Source of the DNA: Octopus bimaculoides
Lineage: Eukaryota
Assembly: GCF_001194135.2 (NCBI RefSeq)
Contig: NC_068983.1
Location: forward strand, 18,076,202-18,108,881
Length of the DNA stretch: 32,680 nt
Direction of reading: 5' to 3'
The notes under the pieces were generated by a model that ran no database searches, was not told the origin of the DNA, and saw nothing but the letters and a program-made list of their open reading frames with translations. The position numbers and the translations under genes are program-made. How positions within the stretch are numbered: position 1 is the first letter of the stretch; the number at the start of each line of letters is the position of its first letter. Shown one piece after another: positions 25,631 through 32,680 of the stretch.

Positions 25631-26547
25631 GTATTGCTACGAATAAATGTAGTCCATAAATTCAACCAACCTATTTGAGATGTGCGTATATTATCGTCAT
25701 CGAAATGAGGAAACGCAATCTCAGTTTGCACGAGTTGATCTCAGAGCGTGTCTACATCATTTGTAAGAAACTGTTTAAACCTTTAATAAGAAGATTATTA
25801 ATGTACAAAATAAGCAAACAAAAAATAGCAGCAAAAAAAAAAAAGAAACAAAAGTTGTGTGTAAAACCGTGATTGTAAATGTTACACCAATTCCTTGAAA
25901 TGAAATTTCTCAGTCGAAAGCTATTCTGATTGCTCGTCCAAGCTTTCAATATCTTCATTTCCTTCCCATAAGAGAACAGTATTTTAAGTGTCAAAAATTA
26001 TTATCAATATAACTTATAGCGTGAAGTACCTCATTAGAAATGAATGAGAAAAAGGAAGTCTACCCACTGAGATGCACACCTACTTTACTTGATGTTGTTT
26101 CTATCCTGCTGTGCTTAGCGACTGAGATAGACAACTGTGTTATTGAACAAATATAGAAAGATTATTTATTAAATATTTGCTCTACGTAAAATCAATGACC
26201 AAAATTAACGCCTGTCCTATAATTCATGTAACTTAAAGAGATGTCTATAAAATATATTTATTTAACTTATATTTGAAGAGAAATGTATAAATCCGTAGGA
26301 AATTCGTGTCAGGATATTAATAATATAATCAGATGACAGTGGTGATATTTAACCCTTGAGTGTCATCGAAGCAATGAACAACAGTTTCCTGTATATAAAT
26401 ACTTTTCAACCAAAATTGAGAAAGACAGGTTTCACCGAGTGTTTGACAGCAACCGAAGTATTCGCTTGACTTAAGATTTTCGTTTTGTCTGGATAATGTC
26501 TATAATAGGTAATTTCATTATATACATATATATATATATATAAATAA

Positions 26548-26613
26548 ATGCAGTTTTCTTTCGATTGCTTACAATAAAGTGTGTTATTGTCGGAGATTTT
26601 AAGGTGGTAAAAA
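26548..26613 (+). pseudogene. Rho-family (Cdc42/Rac-like) GTPase N-terminal fragment, truncated by an assembly gap; gene or pseudogene unresolved
   Basis: ATGCAG, a 17-nt insert, then TIKCVIVGD, which is 8/9 identical to Cdc42 TIKCVVVGD. A 1-nt correction in AAGGTGGTAAAAA restores VGK of the P-loop. Confidence 0.55.
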
Positions 26614-27458
26614 NNNNNNNNNNNNNNNNNNNNNNNNNNNNNNNNNNNNNNNNNNNNNNNNNNNNNNNNNNNNNNNNNNNNNNNNNNNNNNNNNNNNNNN
26701 NNNNNNNNNNNNNNNNNNNNNNNNNNNNNNNNNNNNNNNNNNNNNNNNNNNNNNNNNNNNNNNNNNNNNNNNNNNNNNNNNNNNNNNNNNNNNNNNNNNN
26801 NNNNNNNNNNNNNNNNNNNNNNNNNNNNNNNNNNNNNNNNNNNNNNNNNNNNNNNNNNNNNNNNNNNNNNNNNNNNNNNNNNNNNNNNNNNNNNNNNNNN
26901 NNNNNNNNNNNNNNNNNNNNNNNNNNNNNNNNNNNNNNNNNNNNNNNNNNNNNNNNNNNNNNNNNNNNNNNNNNNNNNNNNNNNNNNNNNNNNNNNNNNN
27001 NNNNNNNNNNNNNNNNNNNNNNNNNNNNNNNNNNNNNNNNNNNNNNNNNNNNNNNNNNNNNNNNNNNNNNNNNNNNNNNNNNNNNNNNNNNNNNNNNNNN
27101 NNNNNNNNNNNNNNNNNNNNNNNNNNNNNNNNNNNNNNNNNNNNNNNNNNNNNNNNNNNNNNNNNNNNNNNNNNNNNNNNNNNNNNNNNNNNNNNNNNNN
27201 NNNNNNNNNNNNNNNNNNNNNNNNNNNNNNNNNNNNNNNNNNNNNNNNNNNNNNNNNNNNNNNNNNNNNNNNNNNNNNNNNNNNNNNNNNNNNNNNNNNN
27301 NNNNNNNNNNNNNNNNNNNNNNNNNNNNNNNNNNNNNNNNNNNNNNNNNNNNNNNNNNNNNNNNNNNNNNNNNNNGACTTTAGCTTCTATATCTTACGGT
27401 GCGTGGTGAGGCTTAATTCCGATCCCTTGTTTTAATTATGTATATAATTATAAAATAT

Positions 27459-27503
<45 letters not shown>

Positions 27504-27737
27504 GTAATATTCACGGAATATAGCTAGGGAATACGTACATTAGTAGAACTAAGAGCTAAAACACTCTAATGCTGTTGTTAACGTATATGAATGAACACAT
27601 ATACACTAAAGGGACCTTAATTGTTCGAGAAATGCCGGTCAAGAATTCTTTAGAGTGACTTCAGTAACCAGCAGTTTCTTTTTTGTGAAAATTGAAAACT
27701 GATGTTCATATTAATTTTATATATACACATATATAAT

Positions 27738-28415
27738 TCTCCTTTGTTTCAGTTCTTGCAACCATTCAGCATCCTTCTTGCGCTCCTTGTCTTTCCTCCA
27801 GATGTCACTCCAAAACTTTTGACTTTCATTGTTATCTGGCATCAACTTTTCATCTGTACACTCTCCATTTATTTCTTTATAGAATCTCTTCTGATCTACT
27901 TTGAATAACCTATTCTGCTGGTAACCCTTCATTCTTTGGTCGAATCTTACCATCTTTGCTGTCTTTGCAACGAGGCGCTCTTTCAGCTCCTCCATTACCA
28001 CTTTCAGACCCTTTCTTTCAATATTATACTTCCTTTTCAGTGCCCTGTATTTTTTTCACATTTAAGATCCCCTGTCTCTTTTCGGTCTAACACAGGAATG
28101 TCCTTCGAGAGCATATCTAACCCTGCCTGTATTCTCCTTTTCCACCATGGATCTTTTTTTTTTTGTCATTCCCGTTATATTTTCTGCTACAATACTTGCT
28201 GTCTTGATCAAATTATTTGCCTCTGTGATGTTGTTTGTTCTGATGTATTTCGGAATTTCATCGACATTTTTCGTTTCTTGGTTCAATTTCTACCGATCAT
28301 CCTTTTTAAGGTTGCAAATAATGTCGCTATCTTTTTCCTGCAGTCTTGCCTTTATTCTGTTGTAGATTGCCTTTTGTTCATCTGTCATGTCGCCATGTTT
28401 TTGCAGTTGTTGAAA
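27738..28415 (-). mobile_element. R4/Dong-type non-LTR retrotransposon fragment (region N-terminal to the RT)
   Basis: With one stop and two frameshifts it reads ETKNVDEIPKYIRTNNITEANNLIK...KDPWWKRRIQ...EELKERLVAKTAKMVRFDQRMKGYQQNRLFKVDQKRFYKEI...KFWSDIW...AEWL, a motif series typical of R4/Dong/Rex6-like ORFs. The clade assignment is from recalled motifs. Confidence 0.75.
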
Positions 28416-28657
28416 TAAAAGGTATGTTTACATACTTAGGTAGTCAGGGAGAAAAGAAAGATAAAAGTTTCGCACAAAATGTAATATATTAAAGTTTTAT
28501 AAGTTTTCTTGCGATGTTCGTTTGTCTGTCCAGTTGGAAAATACAGTAGTGTTTTTGTAATGAAAAGGATGTTAACGTTTTCGAATACTCAGGGAGAGAG
28601 AAAAGAAAAGTAGGGTAATATTTTCACAGAAAGTTGAAAATATTAAAGTTTTAAAAT

Positions 28658-28672
28658 TTATTATTATTATTA

Positions 28673-28750
<78 letters not shown>

Positions 28751-28879
28751 TGGTCACTACCTGGAATCGAACACAGAATCTTGGGGTTAGTAACCATCGG
28801 TCATATGGCGTAGTGGTTAAGAGCAGTGACCTGAATAATAATAATGATGATGATGATGATGGTAATGATGATGATGATG

Positions 28880-28944
<65 letters not shown>
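28658..28944. repeat. (TTA)n - rearranged tRNA-like SINE head - (TAA/TGA)n
   Basis: 28752-28792 is a minus-strand B-box half (GTTCGATTCCAGGTAGTGACC). 28803-28831 is a plus-strand A-box half (TATGGCGTAGTGGTTAAGAGC) joined directly to AGTGACC. Confidence 0.75.
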
Positions 28945-28947
<3 letters not shown>

Positions 28948-29174
28948 ATGAGGACAAATATCCATCAAATGTAGATAATGTACTTATGGTATTTGTTCTG
29001 ATTCTTGCGTTTTAAATTCATATCTATTGCAAAGTTCGATTCGCCACCAATTGATCCTAGATACAATCAATAGCATCACATCATGGCTAAAGTTATTTGT
29101 TATCTATTCAGATCACATCCCACTGTGTCAGTGAAATTGGTAGACTGAAAATTAATAGTAGCTTATTGGATGGA

Positions 29175-29340
29175 TTGTACCTTCAGTTTAAATATGACCG
29201 ACTGCCATGTTGATTTTAGCAGAGAATTAAATAACGGACACACGTGTCTGGAATGCTTAACCACATACTCGTTAATTCACGAGCAGGTAAAATTCGCTTG
29301 ATGAACAGTCGGAACCTTATCGTCAAACAACAAACAACTT
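29175..29340. mobile_element. Degenerate SINE-body fragment
   Basis: CACGTGTCTGGAATGCTTAACCAC...GTTAATTCACGAGCAGG resembles a recalled cephalopod SINE central segment; single copy here. Confidence 0.4.
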
Positions 29341-30431
29341 CCGTAATACATAAATGAAATACATAAGAATTGTCTAAATGATATCTGTTGGGAGGATTTC
29401 TTGATTGTTTACCTGTTAGATATGGGCCTAAATTTGTATGAATCCTATTTTGTGTAAATAGCTATTTTGGGCCAGTTGTGCATATCTCTGTATTGCTGGA
29501 ACCTTTTTGTAATCTCCAATACATGTTTTGCGTTCAATAACTACATATTCATGTAAGTGTTACATCAATCTTCATATATAGTTTCACATTTCATTCATTA
29601 GATGGTCTCCTTTATCTAATGAAATAATGAAATAAAATGGGGCAACGAGCTAAAGAAATCATTATCACATGGAATAATATTTGGCGGCATCTCTTCTAGT
29701 TCTTTAACTTTCAGGCTCCATAGAGTAAGTGTATTTTGTGCACTGGAATCGATGTGATCGACTTACCCTTTCTCTAAAATTGTGTGCCAGAATTTGAAAT
29801 GTTTTATACAGTAAAATCGGATTTGTATTTAGAGATACTTAAAGTACGAATAGTATGAAGCAATAAATGCTTAAGCTTCTATTAATTGGAAAACTATTGC
29901 GTTGAATGAATTATCAAAACTCATCCTGGAAACCATAAATGCTCAAGCGATTAGTACACCTTGCGAAATATTAAAATTTGTTTGAAATACAAAACGTCAC
30001 ATTTAACCCTTCACGAGAAACATAATCCTGATGAACCAGTAATAGGAAAGTATTTAAAACATGATCAAAACTTTCAACGTTAATAGAATTTACAAAGTTG
30101 AATACAGCTGAGTAATTAATAGAGTTTAGAAAAGGATTTTCTTTGAAGCAGAGGAAATATTAACTTCCAAATTATATTTATATATCGTTGTGAAAATATG
30201 ATGTCGTTAGTTTAGTCATTCAGGGATGTTTACTGTAATTAGCGGAGCAATTCAATATGTATGCATAACGTGACACAGCATCAACTGCCTCAGATATTAC
30301 ACGTTTGAAAATCGTATAAATGTGAAATCATTTCCGAATATAAATATTTATTAAAATAAATCAGCTTATTCTCTCTGTCTCTCATTATGTCCTTACTTTT
30401 CCAGCATGCTATATTTATTTATATTATACAT

Positions 30432-30482
<51 letters not shown>

Positions 30483-30510
30483 TGTTATGTGTGCGTATGT
30501 GTGTGTGTAT
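30432..30510. repeat. (GT)n microsatellite
   Basis: Direct reading. Confidence 0.95.
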
Positions 30511-30900
30511 CTATTATTTATTTTTAAAGGACACGATAGATGTGCTACTAATACTTTCAGAAATATCTCAAACATTATCATCAGACACAAAACATATATC
30601 ATAACGATCTAAACAAATTGAATAAGAGAAGAAACACGAAAAAACTGAGAAGGTAGCAAATAGAAAACGCAGAAGGTTAAAAGAATAACGAAAAATGGAA
30701 AACGAAAACACAAACTAAAACGTAAAAAGTAAAAATTAAAACGGATAAAAGAATTATCCTCCCTAGACTTTAAATTATAAAGCTGGATATATATATATAC
30801 ATATATATATTTAGGTAAAGAAAAAAAAAATAATAATAAAAAGGCAGAATGCTAAATTGAAAACACATTTTAATATAGATGTAAGAAGGGTTAAAGAGGG

Positions 30901-30946
30901 TTTCTAACCGGCTTTCATTGCATGGCAAATTTTCAAGGGGGGAAAA
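30901..30946 (-). ncRNA. Hammerhead ribozyme-like relic in the Penelope 3' region
   Basis: The minus strand reads TTTTCCCCCC-TTGAAAA-T-TTGC-CAT-GCAA-T-GAAA-GCCGGTT-A-GAAA: 4-bp stem II and near-palindromic stem III. Stem I is out of register because of the C run. Confidence 0.4.
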
Positions 30947-31287
30947 TGAAAATAATGTTTTTTACAAAAAAATAATAAGTATATAAAAAAATAAATATAT
31001 CAATACATTATATCATCTTTGAGCTTTTAAAGTTCAATGGTAATCTATGTAGATAATTGTTAGAAAGATTAGAATGCATGAATATTAGTTTTAGCGTTAT
31101 GTTTAAAAAGTCTGAATGTTTATGTTTCAAACAGAAAATGTGTATAAGGGGAGACAATTCTGTGGGTTTTATATTCCTTAGTTGGGTCTATGGACTCTTT
31201 TTAAAGAGGAAGTGTGTGCCTCTTCTTAGAGAATGAAGAAGTAAATTTATATTTATTTCATTGGGTAGGCGAGAGAAGGGAATATGG

Positions 31288-32680
31288 TTACCGAGGAGTT
31301 TGTATGTTAAGAAGCGTTTGGAATTTTTCTATAAAATGATTCTCCTTGTTGATTCTTCTTGTGTAGGGATTCTGTCTTTACATTGATAGAAAGGGAATAT
31401 AAGGAATTTAGGATTTTTATGTCTGGCGCAAGTGTCTATGTGACCACTGAGTGGAATTTGGCCGTGTTGTGGAAAATTTATTTGTTCTTTATGGACTGCT
31501 ACTTTTTACACAAAGGGTTACTCGTCTGTCTGATATAGTTCTGTTGTCAACCTGCACATATGAGGACGTAAATGAGGTTCCCGGAGCAGCAAGAGAAGTT
31601 GGCCTTGATTTTAAACCTTTTTCCTTGTTTGAAGGTAAATTCAGAGCCTTCAAATAAGTAGGGGCAGGTACCACAGTTAGGGCGGGCACATTTTTTGACT
31701 GATAGGGTGGAAGTGGTGTGTGTAGTTTGGCATTAGTTAAGAGTTTTTCAAAGATTTGCGTCGCCTTTTGCATTTAAGGACTTTGTGTGTATTGATAATA
31801 TTATTCATTTTCGGGTCTGTGGTCATTAAGGGGGGGGGGTGATTGTGGTGTATGCTTCGATGTTTTGGGGTTGTGGGCGGAAATGTATGGAAATATTTTG
31901 GGGTTGGGTGTGTTACTCTGTTGTGTAGTTTTCAGTGTTTTTGTCAATTCCTTGGCACGTTTTATTCCAAAGTCTATGAGTGTGGAGGGATAGTGGCGTT
32001 GTAATAGTGTTTGAGGTCTTGTAGGCGTATTTCACGAGTGGTTGGGTCAGAGACAATGGTGCAAATTCTTTTAGCTAAATTGAAGGGGATATTTATCTTG
32101 GTGTATTTTGGGTGGCATGAGCTGAAGAGGAAGTATTGTTATGAGTTTGTATGTTTGTGGTAAATGTCGGTTGTGATTTGGTTGTTGAGTGTTTTTATAA
32201 TTAAGAGATAAAGAAAAGGGAGATGATGTTTGCTGAATTCCATAGTGAATTGAATGCTGGGATGTATGTTGTAAAGTATGGTTTTGAATTCCAGAAGTTT
32301 TTCATAAGATTCCTTCCATATGATGAAACAATCATCCAAGTATCTTTTCCAGTTTTCCATTAAGTAGATGTGGAAAAGGTGTACAAATTTCTGGTGTGAA
32401 ATCTCATGAAGTGATAATTCCAAAAAACCATTATGAAGTTCGCAAGGACTGGTTCAGCTTTGGTACCCATCGCGATACCACATTTTTGACGGTAGTATAT
32501 ATTTGCAAACAGGAAATAGTTATTGGTCAGAATGAACTTGAGTGATTCTGCAACGAAGGTTTCGTTAATGCGATTAGGAAATGCTTCTGGGTGTTTCTCC
32601 AGCCAGAATTCAATTGCCTCAATATCATATTCATGTGGGATGTTGGTATGTAGGTTGATTATGTCAAAAGAAACCAAGAT
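31288..32680 (-). mobile_element. Penelope-like retroelement pseudo-ORF (RT plus GIY-YIG endonuclease), continuing beyond the window; 3' tail to about 30790
   Basis: RT motifs SFDIINLHTNIPH, ILTNNYF...YRQKCGIAMGT and WKRYLDDCF; then HPKYTKINIPFNLAKRICTIVS; then KCARPNCGTCPY...CSGNLIYVLICAG*QQNYIRQT...VH...GHI...KENHFIEKFQTLLN. Several stops and frameshifts. Confidence 0.93.

Noticed and set aside
27936-28418. 160-aa plus-strand ORF
   Set aside because: Antisense shadow of the R4/Dong-type fragment.
29104-29150. FRSHPTVSVKLVD*K, vaguely like Rho PTVFDNYS...VDGK
   Set aside because: Requires a 4-residue deletion and a stop; too degenerate to link to the 26548 fragment.
30028-30049. Canonical CTGATGA...GAAA hammerhead core
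   Set aside because: No stem I complement and no proper stem II closing pair.

Overview
AT-rich, microsatellite-dense eukaryotic DNA with six assembly gaps (about 2.2 kb of N). The repeat content resembles an octopus/cephalopod draft genome; this is my recognition of the repeats, not a database result. There is no intact gene, and almost all supplied ORFs are translations of simple repeats or N runs. Well-supported content: a 3'-truncated mariner (TIR, HTH, WVPHEL), a decayed Penelope-like element (RT plus GIY-YIG) at the right edge, a second more decayed Penelope-type GIY-YIG relic at the left edge, an R4/Dong-type LINE fragment and several tRNA-derived SINEs. Less obvious signals: (1) hammerhead-ribozyme-like motifs downstream of both Penelope relics, both with a TTGAAAA core; (2) two long fold-back structures, one with an arm re-duplicated so that alternative pairings are possible; (3) a Cdc42/Rac-like N-terminus (TIKCVIVGD) running into a gap; (4) phase-compatible candidate minus-strand exons for a membrane protein with a YEDI tail. 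None of these is a demonstrated new system; all are testable candidates.
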